Positions 1 through 12,499 of a stretch of 64,000 bases of DNA are shown piece by piece. How positions within the stretch are numbered: position 1 is the stretch's first letter; each line of letters begins with the position of its first letter. Source of the DNA: Candidatus Syntropharchaeum sp. (GTDB lineage Archaea > Halobacteriota > Syntropharchaeia > Syntropharchaeales > Syntropharchaeaceae); assembly GCA_026134025.1 (NCBI GenBank), contig JAOQII010000001.1, positions 12,451-76,450 on the forward strand, written 5' to 3'. A program made the translations under genes and the position numbers. The notes below the pieces were generated by a model. It was not told where the DNA came from. It was given only the letters and a program-made list of their open reading frames with translations, and ran no database searches.

Positions 1-103
1 CGATCTTGACCTTTTCGTCTGCTACCAGTGTGACCCCAGGGGTCTGTTCGCCATCTCTAAGCGTCGTATCAAAGAATCTAACAGATTCAACAAATAAAAC
101 GAT
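1..103 (-). CDS. 5' end of a (R)-citramalate/2-isopropylmalate synthase family gene (runs off the window); start codon unresolved
   Basis: Manual translation of the minus strand gives [34 protein letters not shown], containing the DTTLRDGEQ motif of LeuA/CimA DRE-TIM enzymes; in-frame TGA at 109-107. Confidence 0.85.
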   Translation of the reverse strand, partial: MVLFVESVRFFDTTLRDGEQTPGVTLVADEKVKI

Positions 104-163
104 CCCTCATGAAGAATCGTCTTTCAGGGTTGTATAAATATCTTTTGAAGTTCTCGTGAAAGT

Positions 164-189
164 GTAGTATCCCTATCCCGTAGTATCCC
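164..189. repeat. 10-bp direct repeat GTAGTATCCC (164-173, 180-189) between divergent promoters
   Basis: Read directly; lies between a minus-strand TTTATA (~133-138) and a plus-strand TTTTATA (~197-203). Confidence 0.5.
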
Positions 190-315
190 AAAAGACTTTT
201 ATAGATCCGACCGTTTTAGTTCGTTTGTATCTGCTCGATTAGGTGATTCTATCTATCTTGCGTGTGGTGCGATCGGAATATACAGTCAGAAGACGGGGTG
301 TGGAATAAAGAAAGA

Positions 316-389
316 GGGCTCGTAGCTCAGTTAGGCAGAGCACCTGGCTTTTAACCAGGTGGCCAAGGGTTCAAATCCCTTCGAGCCCG
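316..389 (+). tRNA. tRNA-Lys(TTT)
   Basis: Acceptor stem GGGCTCG/CGAGCCC, anticodon arm CCTGG-CTTTTAA-CCAGG, T loop GGTTCAAATCC. Confidence 0.96.
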
Positions 390-401
390 TGGAGGTAATG
401 T

Positions 402-644
402 ATGAAGAAGGGTGTAACATTGTTGGATCATGAGATGGTCCCGAAACATGAAATACTCTCAGAGGATGAAGAAAAAGCGGTTTTAAAAAAATATAAGGCT
501 TTTAAGAGTCAATTTCCAAAGATAAAGTGCAATGACCCGATAGCTCGTGAGATCGGAGCAAAGGTTGGGCAGATAATTAAAATAACGAGGGATAGTAAAA
601 CTGCTGGTAAATCAGTAGCCTATCGTGTCGTGATAGATCAATAG
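402..644 (+). CDS. rpoH: RNA polymerase subunit H (Rpo5)
   Basis: [10 protein letters not shown]...PKI...DP...[15 protein letters not shown]; GGAGGT SD; first gene of the RNAP operon. Confidence 0.97.
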   Translation: MKKGVTLLDHEMVPKHEILSEDEEKAVLKKYKAFKSQFPKIKCNDPIAREIGAKVGQIIKITRDSKTAGKSVAYRVVIDQ

Positions 645-661
645 ATGCAGGGGGTTTAATT

Positions 662-3600
662 CTGTTAGATAGACGTGCATTATCAAAAGCATATTTTACA
701 AAGGATAAACTTGTACAACATCATATCGACTCGTTCAATGCGTTTCTGGAGCAGGGACTTCAGGCGATCGTTGATGAGCAGGACATAATCGAGACATCGA
801 TCGAAGGGGGATCTGATCAGGACAAGTACAGAGTCTATGTGAAACTCGGCGATATTCAGGTCGGTACACCCAAGGTTAAAGAGGCTGATGGATCTAGAGA
901 AGATCTATTTCCAGCCCAGGCTCGTCTCAGAAATCTGACCTATAGCACTCCGATCACCCTCTCGATGAAGGTGGTGCGAGAGCACGCCGTGACCGGCGAG
1001 ATCGAGGAGGAACTTGAGGAGAAGGTTGAGATTGGCGAACTACCGATAATGGTCAGATCGAAAGCGTGCAACCTCAGAGGGCTCTCAGAAGCCGAAAGAA
1101 TTCGGGTAGGTGAAGATCCACTTGACCCTGGAGGATATTTCATCATCAACGGGACGGAACGGGTTGTGATAACACTTGAGGATCTGGCGCCGAATAAGAT
1201 TCTCACCGAATATGAGGTACGCTACGGAGATCGAGTCGAGATTGCAAAGGTTTTCTCACAGCGGCATGGTTACAGAGCGCTCGTTGTTGTTGAGAGAAAC
1301 CGTAAGTCGCTGCTTGAGGTTTCATTCCCATCGGTCGCTGGCAAGATCAACTTTGTGACGTTGATGCGTGCACTCGGACTTGAGACAGATGAAGAGATTG
1401 TTAACGCAGTCTCAACCGATCCAGAGATTATCAAGTTCATGATGGAGAACCTTGAAGAGGCAGGGGTTGAAACAACCGAGGAAGTGATGGACAAACTCGA
1501 AAAGAAGATAGCGGCAGGTCAGGCGAAGGAGTATCGCGAGATAAGAACGCGATACGTCCTTGACAGATACCTGCTACCGCACCTTGGGGAGGATGAAAAA
1601 TCGTACCTGAAGAAGGCATATTTCCTTGGCAGAATGGCTGAGGCATGCTTCGAGCTTGCGCTTGGGCGAAGAGGGGAGGATGACAAGGATCACTACACGA
1701 ATAAGCGACTCAAGCTATCTGGTGAGCTAATGGAAGATTTATTCAGGGTTGCGTTCAACCGCCTTATCAAGGATATAAAATACCAGCTTGAGCGGGCAAG
1801 CATGCGAAACCGAGAACTCTCGGTTGCGACCGCCATAAGATCTGATGTTCTAACAGAGCGTCTTCTTCATCCACTTGCGACTGGTAACTGGGTGGGTGGA
1901 AGAACCGGCGTATCACAGCTTCTGGACAGGACGGATTATATGTCACTTCTATCACACCTCAGGCGTCTTATATCTCCGCTATCCCGTTCTCAGCCACACT
2001 TCGAGGCGAGGGATCTTCATCCGACGCAGTGGGGAAGGATCTGTCCATCCGAGACACCAGAAGGACCAAACTGTGGTCTTGTGAAGAACTTTGCCCAGAT
2101 GGTTGAGTTATCCCGTGCTATAACCCCTATGGAGTCTGAAAAGCTTGAAAAAATGCTCAGAGAGTTTGGAATGACGCCTCTTAGCGAATCGAGATCCACT
2201 GCTGGAAATGTAGAAGCAAAATCGGCATTTCAGGCACGCGTCTTCCATAACGGGGATTTTATCGGGACACACAGTGATCCACGCAGACTGGTGAGGTTAA
2301 TCCGGGAGAAAAGACGAGAAGGAGAATTATCAACGTATATAAACATTGCATATCAGAATACAACAAAAGAGGTTGTTATAAATTCAGATCGAGGAAGGAT
2401 GAGACGACCCGTGATAGTTGTTGAGTCGGGATCGCCTCGCCTGACTAACGATTATATCGAACACCTTGCGAAAGGGAATATTAAATTTGAAGATCTTGTA
2501 GAGAATGGCTTCATCGAATACCTCGATCCTGATGAAGAGGAGAATGCGCTCATTGCTATCTACGAAGAGGATCTAACGCTCAATCATACACACCTTGAAC
2601 TCGACCCCGCGCTGATCCTTGGTATATGCGCGGGGATGGTTCCCTATCCTGAGCATAACGCCTCGCCGCGTAACACGATGGGTGCAGGAATGGTAAAACA
2701 GTCGCTCGGTGTCGGTGCTGTGAATATGAAACTCAGAGGGGATACAACGACCCATCTATTACACTATCCACAGCGTGCAATCACAAACACCCAAACGGCA
2801 ACCTCGATAGGCTTCAATGAACGACCTTCAGGTCAGAACTTCGTTGTGGCGGTCCTATCTTATGAGGGATATAATATCGAGGATGCCCTGATCTTTAACA
2901 AGGGATCGATCGAGCGTGGTCTTGGCAGGAGCCACTTCTTCAGGACGTACGAGGGGGAGGAGCATAGATACCCCGGCGGTCAGGAAGATACATTCGAGGT
3001 GCCTGATATCGAGGTAGCCGGGTGCAGAGGCAGTGAGTTCTACAGTTATCTCGATAGTGATGGTATCATAAACCCTGAGGTCGTTGTTCACCCAAACGAC
3101 GTCCTGATCGGAAGGACGAGTCCGCCTCGGTTCCTCGAAGAGCCTACTGACCTTGGTATCACCCCACAGCAGCGCAGGGAGACCTCGATCACGATGCGAT
3201 CGAACGAGATGGGAATCGTCGATACGGTAATTTTAACCGAGTCTGAGAACGGATCGAAACTCGTCAAGGTGAGCGTGAGGGATCAACGGATACCAGAAGT
3301 CGGTGATAAATTTGCATCCAGGCACGGGCAAAAGGGTGTGATCGGGTTGATCCTGCCAACGATCGATATGCCTTTTACCGAGGATGGTGTTGTACCAGAC
3401 CTTATCATCAACCCACATGCGATTCCTTCGAGAATGACGGTGGGACACGTGCTTGAGATGATCGGTGGTAAGGTCGGCTCGATGGAGGGGCGGTTCATCG
3501 ATGCAACCGCCTTCTCGGGTGAAGAAGAAGATGATCTCAGATCTGCACTTGCGAAGTTCGGGTTTGCACACACCGGAAAGGAGGTCATGTACAACGGAAT

Positions 3601-4039
3601 CACGGGTGAGCGGTTCAATGTCGATATATTCATCGGTGTGATCCTTTACCAGAAGCTATATCACATGGTCGCATCCAAGATGCATGCGCGGTCAAAAGGT
3701 CCTATACAGGTCCTAACGCGCCAGCCAACAGAGGGAAGAGCGAGAGAGGGCGGTTTGAGGTTTGGTGAGATGGAACGAGATGTCCTGATCGGATATGGTG
3801 CAGCACTGACGCTGAAGGAACGCTTACTCGATGAGTCGGACAAGGTCACGGTTCTTATATGTGAACACTGCGGCATGGTAGCGAACTTCGATAGACGGTT
3901 GAACACTGTAAACTGCCCGAACTGCAAAGCAGATACAGACATCCATTTTGTTGAGATGAGTTATGCGTTTAAGCTGCTTCTTGATGAGATGAAAGCGCTC
4001 TGTATTACGCCGAGACTCATCCTGCGGGACGCTGCATAG
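662..4039 (+). CDS. rpoB: RNA polymerase subunit B (Rpo2), single unsplit polypeptide; probable CTG start at 662
   Basis: Motifs [37 protein letters not shown]-terminal Zn ribbon; conserved N-terminus ([21 protein letters not shown]) lies in frame upstream of the ORF-track start at 839. Confidence 0.95.
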   Translation: MLDRRALSKAYFTKDKLVQHHIDSFNAFLEQGLQAIVDEQDIIETSIEGGSDQDKYRVYVKLGDIQVGTPKVKEADGSREDLFPAQARLRNLTYSTPITLSMKVVREHAVTGEIEEELEEKVEIGELPIMVRSKACNLRGLSEAERIRVGEDPLDPGGYFIINGTERVVITLEDLAPNKILTEYEVRYGDRVEIAKVFSQRHGYRALVVVERNRKSLLEVSFPSVAGKINFVTLMRALGLETDEEIVNAVSTDPEIIKFMMENLEEAGVETTEEVMDKLEKKIAAGQAKEYREIRTRYVLDRYLLPHLGEDEKSYLKKAYFLGRMAEACFELALGRRGEDDKDHYTNKRLKLSGELMEDLFRVAFNRLIKDIKYQLERASMRNRELSVATAIRSDVLTERLLHPLATGNWVGGRTGVSQLLDRTDYMSLLSHLRRLISPLSRSQPHFEARDLHPTQWGRICPSETPEGPNCGLVKNFAQMVELSRAITPMESEKLEKMLREFGMTPLSESRSTAGNVEAKSAFQARVFHNGDFIGTHSDPRRLVRLIREKRREGELSTYINIAYQNTTKEVVINSDRGRMRRPVIVVESGSPRLTNDYIEHLAKGNIKFEDLVENGFIEYLDPDEEENALIAIYEEDLTLNHTHLELDPALILGICAGMVPYPEHNASPRNTMGAGMVKQSLGVGAVNMKLRGDTTTHLLHYPQRAITNTQTATSIGFNERPSGQNFVVAVLSYEGYNIEDALIFNKGSIERGLGRSHFFRTYEGEEHRYPGGQEDTFEVPDIEVAGCRGSEFYSYLDSDGIINPEVVVHPNDVLIGRTSPPRFLEEPTDLGITPQQRRETSITMRSNEMGIVDTVILTESENGSKLVKVSVRDQRIPEVGDKFASRHGQKGVIGLILPTIDMPFTEDGVVPDLIINPHAIPSRMTVGHVLEMIGGKVGSMEGRFIDATAFSGEEEDDLRSALAKFGFAHTGKEVMYNGITGERFNVDIFIGVILYQKLYHMVASKMHARSKGPIQVLTRQPTEGRAREGGLRFGEMERDVLIGYGAALTLKERLLDESDKVTVLICEHCGMVANFDRRLNTVNCPNCKADTDIHFVEMSYAFKLLLDEMKALCITPRLILRDAA

Positions 4040-4050
4040 GGATTGATAAT

Positions 4051-6675
4051 ATGATTGCACATCCAAAGCGGATAGATTCAATAAAGTTTGGTCTCCTATC
4101 TCCAAAAGAGATCAGGAAGATGAGTGTTACGAAGATCATAACGCCTGACACCTACGATGACGATGGTTTTCCGATCGAGATGGGGCTTATGGATCAGCGT
4201 CTCGGGGTGATCGATCCAGGGCTTCGATGCAAGACGTGTGGTGGAAGACCGGGGGAATGTCCCGGCCATTTCGGACATATCGAGCTTGTTGCACCTGTTG
4301 TACATGTGGGATACGCCCGTCTTATAAGAAAGATCCTTAGATCTGTCTGCAGGTCGTGCAAGCGAGTTTTGCTTGAGAAGAAGGATCAGGATCACTTTAG
4401 CGCACAGATCAAAGAGCATCAGCGGGAAGGACAACCGATAGATGAGATCCTGAAAGAGGTTTTCAAGCGCGCCATGGCCGTAAACGTCTGCCCACACTGT
4501 GGAGAGGAACAGCTAAAGATCTTCTTTGAGTCACCGACGACGTACGAGGAGGGGGAGCACAAGCTGATGCCTGCAGATATAAGGGCGCGGCTTGAACAGA
4601 TCCCTGATAAAGATCTTCCGGTCATAGGAATTAATCCAAAGCAGGTGAGACCCGAGTGGATGATCCTGACGGTCTTACCTGTCCCACCGGTTACCGCTCG
4701 CCCATCGATCACGCTTGAGAGCGGGCAGCGGAGTGAGGACGATCTCACGCATAAACTCGTTGATATAATCCGTATAAACCAGCGGTTTCAGGAGAACCGA
4801 GAGGCAGGAGCGCCACAATTGATCATTGAGGATCTTTGGGAGCTACTTCAGTATCACGTAACAACCTACATTGATAATGAGGTATCAGGTATTCCACCGG
4901 CCCGTCATCGGAGCGGAAGACCTTTAAAGACACTATCTCAGCGACTTAAGGGTAAAGAGGGGCGATTCAGAGGGAGTCTTTCAGGGAAGCGTGTCAACTT
5001 CTCAGCACGTACCGTAATCTCTCCTGACCCGAATTTGAGTATAAACGAGGTTGGGATACCTCAGAGAATCGCAGAGGAGATGACGATAACTGAGAATGTC
5101 ACGGATAGAAACTTCAAAGCGATGGTTGAACTCATAAAGCGCGGTAGAAATTATCCTTCTGCCAACTACGTGAGAAGGCTTGATGGTAAGCGTGTGAAGG
5201 TTACATCGACAAATTTTGAGGAGCTTGCAGAGCAGTTACAGGTAGGCTGGAAGATCGAGAGACAGCTCAGAGATGGGGATATTGTCCTCTTCAACCGCCA
5301 GCCATCACTTCACCGTATGAGCATAATGGCGCACCGAGTCAGGGTGATGCCCGGGAAGACTTTCAGGCTAAATCCTGCGGTCTGCCCCCCATATAACGCA
5401 GATTTTGATGGCGATGAGATGAACCTCCACGTACTCCAGAACGAGGAGGCACGGGCAGAAGCAAGGATACTGATGGACGTCGAAGAAAATATACTCTCAC
5501 CACGCTTTGGTGGGCCTGTCATCGGTGGAATACACGATCACATCTCAGGTCTTTATCTTCTGACGCGAAGTGGAACGAGGTTCGATGAGAACGACGTGCT
5601 TGAGCTTCTGAGACACTCCAGGATCACTGATCTGATCGAACCGTCGTTTGGTGAAGGGGACAAGCCCTACTGGAGCGGAAAGGATATCTTCAGCATGATA
5701 CTCCCAGAAGGGTTCAATGCAACGTTCGAGGCAGAGATATGTCATAACTGCGAGGTTTGCCTCAAAGAGCGATGTGAGCATGATGCTTATGTTGTGATAG
5801 AGAACGGCAGACTTTTGAGAGGTACGATCGATGAGCGTGCGATTGGGGCGTTCAAGGGAAAGATCATCGATAGGATCACGAAGGAGTATGGTCCGGATCG
5901 TGCGAGAAGGTTCATCGATGATGCGACAAGCCTTGCGATACGGGCGATCACGAGGTTGGGATTCAGTTTCGGGATAGATGATGAGGATATTCCACCCAGT
6001 GCACAGAAGCAGATACAGGCGTCGATCATTGCAACAGAAGAACAGGTGGCTCAGCTTGTAGATGCATACGATAACAATGAGCTTGAGCCTCTACCCGGTC
6101 GATCGGTCGAGGAGACGCTTGAACTTCGGATAATGCAGGAACTTGGAAGGGTGAGGGACGCTGCAGGAGCGATTGCAGGAGAGTATCTTGGTATGGATAA
6201 TACCGCGGTTGCGATGGCACTCTCTGGTGCGAGGGGGTCGATGATGAACTTGACGCAGATGGCTGGATGTGTGGGGCAGCAGTCAGTTCGTGGTGCCAGG
6301 ATCACGAGAGGCTACGAAGGAAGAACGCTCCCGCATTTCGAGCGCGGAGATCTCGGTGCAGCGGCACATGGCTTTGTCAAATCCTCGTACAAAAAAGGCT
6401 TGAGCCCAACCGAGTTCTTCTTCCACGCGATCGGTGGAAGGGAAGGACTGGTCGACACAGCGGTTAGAACATCACAGTCAGGGTATTTCCAGCGGAGGCT
6501 CATAAACGCACTCCAGGATATCGAAGTGAAGTATGATGGTACGGTACGAGAAACGCGGGGCATGATCGTCCAGTTTGAGTACGGTGAGGATGGCGTTGAC
6601 CCATCCAGAGGTGATTACGGAAAATCGATCAACATTGACAGAATAATAGAGCTTGCAACTTGTGGGGATGATTGA
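4051..6675 (+). CDS. rpoA1: RNA polymerase subunit A' (Rpo1N)
   Basis: Catalytic NADFDGD, CPGHFGHIEL, GREGLVDTAVRTSQSGY. Confidence 0.98.
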   Translation: MIAHPKRIDSIKFGLLSPKEIRKMSVTKIITPDTYDDDGFPIEMGLMDQRLGVIDPGLRCKTCGGRPGECPGHFGHIELVAPVVHVGYARLIRKILRSVCRSCKRVLLEKKDQDHFSAQIKEHQREGQPIDEILKEVFKRAMAVNVCPHCGEEQLKIFFESPTTYEEGEHKLMPADIRARLEQIPDKDLPVIGINPKQVRPEWMILTVLPVPPVTARPSITLESGQRSEDDLTHKLVDIIRINQRFQENREAGAPQLIIEDLWELLQYHVTTYIDNEVSGIPPARHRSGRPLKTLSQRLKGKEGRFRGSLSGKRVNFSARTVISPDPNLSINEVGIPQRIAEEMTITENVTDRNFKAMVELIKRGRNYPSANYVRRLDGKRVKVTSTNFEELAEQLQVGWKIERQLRDGDIVLFNRQPSLHRMSIMAHRVRVMPGKTFRLNPAVCPPYNADFDGDEMNLHVLQNEEARAEARILMDVEENILSPRFGGPVIGGIHDHISGLYLLTRSGTRFDENDVLELLRHSRITDLIEPSFGEGDKPYWSGKDIFSMILPEGFNATFEAEICHNCEVCLKERCEHDAYVVIENGRLLRGTIDERAIGAFKGKIIDRITKEYGPDRARRFIDDATSLAIRAITRLGFSFGIDDEDIPPSAQKQIQASIIATEEQVAQLVDAYDNNELEPLPGRSVEETLELRIMQELGRVRDAAGAIAGEYLGMDNTAVAMALSGARGSMMNLTQMAGCVGQQSVRGARITRGYEGRTLPHFERGDLGAAAHGFVKSSYKKGLSPTEFFFHAIGGREGLVDTAVRTSQSGYFQRRLINALQDIEVKYDGTVRETRGMIVQFEYGEDGVDPSRGDYGKSINIDRIIELATCGDD

Positions 6676-8055
<1,380 letters not shown>

Positions 8056-8056
8056 G

Positions 8057-8323
8057 ATGGATATGGATCGAGCACTCAAGATTGCAATGAGAACAGGCAA
8101 GGTCTTAATAGGCGCAAAAGAGGCTATAAAATCGGTTAGAAGTGAACGTGCAAAGGTTATAATTGTATCAGCAAACTGCCCCTCTTCGATCAGGGAGAAC
8201 TTAAGAGGTGTGCCTGTAAAAGAGTATGAAGGGCTTAATACAGAGCTGGGAACCGCGTGTGGAAAGCCATTCCCGGTATCTGTTGCAACGATTATAGATC
8301 CGGGAGACTCGGGTCTTGCATAA
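8057..8323 (+). CDS. rpl30e: 50S ribosomal protein L30e
   Basis: TGKVLIG...ELGTACGKPF..IIDPGDS; conserved position; start adjusted to ATG 8057. Confidence 0.93.
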   Translation: MDMDRALKIAMRTGKVLIGAKEAIKSVRSERAKVIIVSANCPSSIRENLRGVPVKEYEGLNTELGTACGKPFPVSVATIIDPGDSGLA

Positions 8324-8354
8324 TTTTATATAAGAAGCTTATGAGGAATGAAAC

Positions 8355-8783
8355 TTGACGGTAATACTGGATACCGATGGGATGCGATATATCGCACTAT
8401 TTGAGAGTTCTACAGGGGCGACGGTGCGTGATTGTATCGTCGATCGGGAGAATGATCGGTTGATATTTGTTATCAAGCAGGGTGAGATGGGGCTTGCCAT
8501 CGGTAAGAGAGGGGAGAATATAAATAGACTCAGAGATATGATAGATAAGCAGATTGAGGTCGTGGAATACTCTGACGACGTCAGCGAGTTCATCTGCAAT
8601 GGGTTCCAGCCAGCACCCATAAAAAACGTGAAGATCATTGAGAAGAATGAGAGGCAACTTGCCTATATCGAGGTATCGAAGAAGGATAAAGGTCTCGTGA
8701 TAGGGAAGAATGGCAGGAACATCCAGAAAGTTAAAACGCTTGCAAATCGGCATCACAATATCGATGACATACTGGTGGTTTAA
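8355..8783 (+). CDS. nusA: Archaeal NusA (KH-domain)
   Basis: Two KH motifs ([18 protein letters not shown]); conserved operon position. Confidence 0.93.
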   Translation: MTVILDTDGMRYIALFESSTGATVRDCIVDRENDRLIFVIKQGEMGLAIGKRGENINRLRDMIDKQIEVVEYSDDVSEFICNGFQPAPIKNVKIIEKNERQLAYIEVSKKDKGLVIGKNGRNIQKVKTLANRHHNIDDILVV

Positions 8784-9211
8784 TGGGAAAAGGAAAGTAC
8801 GCGGTTAGAAAGATTAAGAAAGATCGAAAGAAGTTCAGATGGAGCGATCGAAAGTACATGACTCGTGCGCTCAATCTCAAGAAGAAGGTAGACCCGCTGG
8901 AAGGTTCACCCCGCGCTCGCGGTATCGTACTCGAGAAGCTCGGGATTGAGGCAAAGCAGCCAAACTCTGCAATAAGAAAAGCAGTGAGGATTCAGCTTAT
9001 AAAGAATGGTAAGCAGGTTTCTGCATTCTGTCCTGGCGATGGTGCGATCAGTTTCATCGATGAGCATGATGAGGTTACGATAGAAGGTATCGGAGGTATG
9101 ATGGGCGGTGCTTATGGGGATATTCCAGGTATCCGTTACAAGGTTATTGCTGTGAACAATATGTCGCTCCGAGAGATGGTTCTCGGACGGCGAGAGAAGC
9201 CGATGAGGTGA
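8783..9211 (+). CDS. rps12: 30S ribosomal protein S12
   Basis: [21 protein letters not shown]. Confidence 0.97.
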   Translation: MGKGKYAVRKIKKDRKKFRWSDRKYMTRALNLKKKVDPLEGSPRARGIVLEKLGIEAKQPNSAIRKAVRIQLIKNGKQVSAFCPGDGAISFIDEHDEVTIEGIGGMMGGAYGDIPGIRYKVIAVNNMSLREMVLGRREKPMR

Positions 9212-9798
9212 TTCTGGTGGCAGAAAAAAAATCAGATATGGACCCTTTCCTCGTATTTGGCAAATGGAGCATGGAAGATATCGAGTTCAAAGATCTGGGG
9301 ATTGACCGATGCATTGGTCTTGAAAGTTTCATCGCGCCGTATTCCGGAGGTGTAAAGAAGCGGTTTGATAAGACCAGAGTACCGATCGTTGAGCGGCTCA
9401 TAAATGTGATGATGCGGGGAGAACATAATACAGGCAAGAAACATAAGGCATATAATATCGTTAAAGAAGCGTTTGAGATCATCGCTGAGCGAACGAAGAA
9501 GAACCCTGTACAGCTTTTGATTACCGCGATCGAGAATGCAGGACCAAGGGAGGAGATCGTGAGACTGAAGTTCGGTGGGATATCAGTCCCAAAATCTGTA
9601 GATACTGCACCTTTGAGGCGGATTGATCAGGCGCTCATGAACATCGCAAAAGGTGCAAAACGGACATCTTTCAAGAGCAGACGATCCGCGAGTGAGTGCC
9701 TTGCCACAGAGATTATTGCAGCGGCGAACTATGATGTTAAGACGTTCTCGATCGGAAGGAAAGAGGAGAAGGAACGTATCGCAAAGGCAGCTCGATGA
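9208..9798 (+). CDS. rps7: 30S ribosomal protein S7
   Basis: [41 protein letters not shown]. Confidence 0.96.
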   Translation: MILVAEKKSDMDPFLVFGKWSMEDIEFKDLGIDRCIGLESFIAPYSGGVKKRFDKTRVPIVERLINVMMRGEHNTGKKHKAYNIVKEAFEIIAERTKKNPVQLLITAIENAGPREEIVRLKFGGISVPKSVDTAPLRRIDQALMNIAKGAKRTSFKSRRSASECLATEIIAAANYDVKTFSIGRKEEKERIAKAAR

Positions 9799-11555
9799 AC
9801 CCAGAGGGAAATCCACTCCTGGATAAATCTGAGAAGGAGATCCATAAGATCATCCAGGAATCTAATATAACAGTTGCAAAGAGCTTTTCTGATCTTGTGC
9901 GCTCCTCGCTTGGACCTTTAGGCGCACACAAGATAATCATCGATGAAGATGGTTTTATAATCGTCACAAGGGACGGCAGGACGATCTTCGATAACATCTG
10001 CGTGGATCATCCGATAGAAGGGATGATGCTTGAGCTATCCATGTTACAGGATGATATAGCTGGTGATGGTACAACATCGGTCGTAATCCTTGCAGGTGAA
10101 CTTCTCACCCGTGCACAGGAGCTTCTGGAGAAAGGGCTCCACCCATCAAATATCGTAAACGGTTACACGCTGGCGATGCATGAGGCAACGCTTATCCTGA
10201 ACGAACTTGCAGTCGCCGTTTCCTCAGAAGAGAAAAAAATTCTGCTTCAGATCGCGAGAACATCGCTGAATAGCAAGATCCTTGCAGGCTACCGCGATCT
10301 ATTTGCAGATATGGTGGTCGAGGCTGTATTGAGAACCCGTGATGATAGAAACATCTATTTTGAGTCCTCAACAGGTGGGAGCATACGTGACATCTACCTC
10401 TTCAATGGAATGATCCTTGAGAACAGAACACTGGTCCCTCACATGCAGAGCAGTATCCAGGACCCGAAGATACTTCTCCTGAACTCGAAGCTCAAGCTCC
10501 AGGATGCCAAACATAGGCTTGGGGGTGCGGTCGATCTCTTACTTGAGGCAGGACAGATAACACGGATGCACATGGCAGAGTTTGCGATCTACAGTGAGAT
10601 CGTACAGAAGATCGGAGAACTGGGTGTTAATGTGGTCTTAAACTCACGCAAGATGGATCCTGTGGCGATGGACTTCTTCAGGAAGGCTGGTATCTTCGCG
10701 GTTCGAAATCTTCCTTCTGAGAACCTGAGGCGAATCGCGGACCTGACTGGTGGAAAAATCATCTCTGAGTTTGGCGAAATTGGTGAAGATGACCTTGGAT
10801 CTGCAAACTCGATAAAAGAAGAGCAAATTGGTGATCACAGATTTATCCTGATTGAAAAGGAAGATTCACCTGTTTTAACAGTTATGATCCGTGGCGGGAC
10901 GAAACAGATGGTCGATGAGGTCAAAAGAACCTTGAATGACGCGATCCAGACGACGATTCATACGCTTGAGGATCGTCATATCCTGCCAGGCGGCGGTGCG
11001 ATCGAGGTTGAGGTTGCATCACGGCTCAGGAAGTATGCATACACGATAGAATCGAAAGAGCAGCTTGCAGTACTTGCATTTGCAGATGCCCTTGAATCTA
11101 TACCGAAGATCCTCGCGATAAACTCAGGTATGGATCCGATCTCAACCCTGATCTCGCTCAAGCAGGAGCATGCAGGCGGTGAGATCTCGGCAGGCATCGA
11201 TGCAGAAGGAGAACTCATCGTTGATACCATCGAGCGTGGGATCATCGAGCCACTTGGAATGAAACGGCAGGTGATTCATGGTGCTGCAATGACCGCTATA
11301 ATGATCTTGAGGGTCGATGACTTCATTCCACGAAAAGATCTGGAGAAGAGAAAAGCCGATCTTACAAAGGAGGATATAAAGGTTGCGTTGAAGTCTGATA
11401 AGGACGTCGAGGACGCTTACAGAGATGCGGTCAACCTCTTTGGGAGGAAGAATGTCCGTGACATGGTCAAGGTCTATGGTTGGGAGAGTGTGCCGCGCGT
11501 CCTGAATAAATGGTATGGAAAAGAGGTTCATAAGCCGCTTACAACACCCGAGTGA
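9795..11555 (+). CDS. Divergent group II chaperonin (thermosome-like) subunit with C-terminal extension
   Basis: SSLGPLG, GDGTTS, GLHP, PGGGAIE, AFADALESIP, GIIEP, ILRVDD; ATGA overlap with rps7 stop. Confidence 0.9.
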   Translation: MNPEGNPLLDKSEKEIHKIIQESNITVAKSFSDLVRSSLGPLGAHKIIIDEDGFIIVTRDGRTIFDNICVDHPIEGMMLELSMLQDDIAGDGTTSVVILAGELLTRAQELLEKGLHPSNIVNGYTLAMHEATLILNELAVAVSSEEKKILLQIARTSLNSKILAGYRDLFADMVVEAVLRTRDDRNIYFESSTGGSIRDIYLFNGMILENRTLVPHMQSSIQDPKILLLNSKLKLQDAKHRLGGAVDLLLEAGQITRMHMAEFAIYSEIVQKIGELGVNVVLNSRKMDPVAMDFFRKAGIFAVRNLPSENLRRIADLTGGKIISEFGEIGEDDLGSANSIKEEQIGDHRFILIEKEDSPVLTVMIRGGTKQMVDEVKRTLNDAIQTTIHTLEDRHILPGGGAIEVEVASRLRKYAYTIESKEQLAVLAFADALESIPKILAINSGMDPISTLISLKQEHAGGEISAGIDAEGELIVDTIERGIIEPLGMKRQVIHGAAMTAIMILRVDDFIPRKDLEKRKADLTKEDIKVALKSDKDVEDAYRDAVNLFGRKNVRDMVKVYGWESVPRVLNKWYGKEVHKPLTTPE

Positions 11556-11575
11556 TGGGGGTGGGAGATCATACC

Positions 11576-12499
11576 CTACATAACCCACCAGACCAGCCCT
11601 ATCGTAATCACCTTTGCCGCCATGCTGCTTGCATAGTTGATCGCGGCCATCCTGACCCCGAGTTTCCCAAATAGCGAGAGGTAGATCGAGAGGCTGTACC
11701 TGATGTAGATCAATGTTATCACGATCATACTGCCGATAAGAAGTGTGAGTATCGCCTCCTTTGGTGTTATAATCCTTTCTGCAAGGAACGATCCCAGGAT
11801 CGCATATCCAACCGAGTAATGGACGAACTGTCCAGCCAGGGCTGTAACACACTCACCAGGGATGCCAAGTAGCCTTAAAAGCGGATCAAAAAGAGGGGCG
11901 ATCTGATCCATCATTCCATGATCGAGTAAGAAGCCGATCGCAGGTATGGTGATTATGAGGATCGGGATTATCCTTTTAAGCGTTGGATACGATGCTTTGA
12001 TGCCTTTTCTGATGATATTTCTGCTCAAGATGAGCTTCTCAGGTGAATTGTTCTCGATCTGAAGTGTGCGTGGTGGAAGGACTACTTTTGAATAGACAAA
12101 TGCCCAGAGGGTCTGTATGAAGGCTGCAAAGAGATTAAGCATGACATAGATGCCACCCACAACAGGACCAAGGATCACGAGTGCGACCGGTGCCTGCACC
12201 CTGAAGAGCGACTCCCCTAAAACGATCGGGAATGTCCCCATCACAACGGTTATTATCGCTTCCCGATCTGTGATCTCGCCCCTTCTGTAAAACTCGGCAA
12301 GTGTTGATTTGCCTGCGGTTGCGGAGAGAAGCGTTGTGAAAAGCGATATTACGCAGACTTCTGGGAGATTGGATGCTTTGCAGAGTGGTTTTACAAGCGG
12401 AGAGAGTTTTGATGGGATGTTTGTCTCAACAAGAATATTTGCAAGCGTTACACCTATTGTAACAAGGATTACACTCTGTACAAGATATTTTACGAGCAT
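11576..12499 (-). CDS. Polytopic membrane protein, nucleoside-recognition (gate) domain-like
   Basis: Many hydrophobic segments; two repeats of PL...(N/G)(L/I)P..C typical of gate-domain proteins. Confidence 0.6.
   Translation of the reverse strand: MLVKYLVQSVILVTIGVTLANILVETNIPSKLSPLVKPLCKASNLPEVCVISLFTTLLSATAGKSTLAEFYRRGEITDREAIITVVMGTFPIVLGESLFRVQAPVALVILGPVVGGIYVMLNLFAAFIQTLWAFVYSKVVLPPRTLQIENNSPEKLILSRNIIRKGIKASYPTLKRIIPILIITIPAIGFLLDHGMMDQIAPLFDPLLRLLGIPGECVTALAGQFVHYSVGYAILGSFLAERIITPKEAILTLLIGSMIVITLIYIRYSLSIYLSLFGKLGVRMAAINYASSMAAKVITIGLVWWVM

Noticed and set aside
11142-11852. 236-aa minus-strand ORF and similar long alternative-frame ORFs (14966-15574, 42267-42998, 45621-46292, 50231-50917)
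   Set aside because: All overlap well-supported genes in another frame or strand and have no motifs
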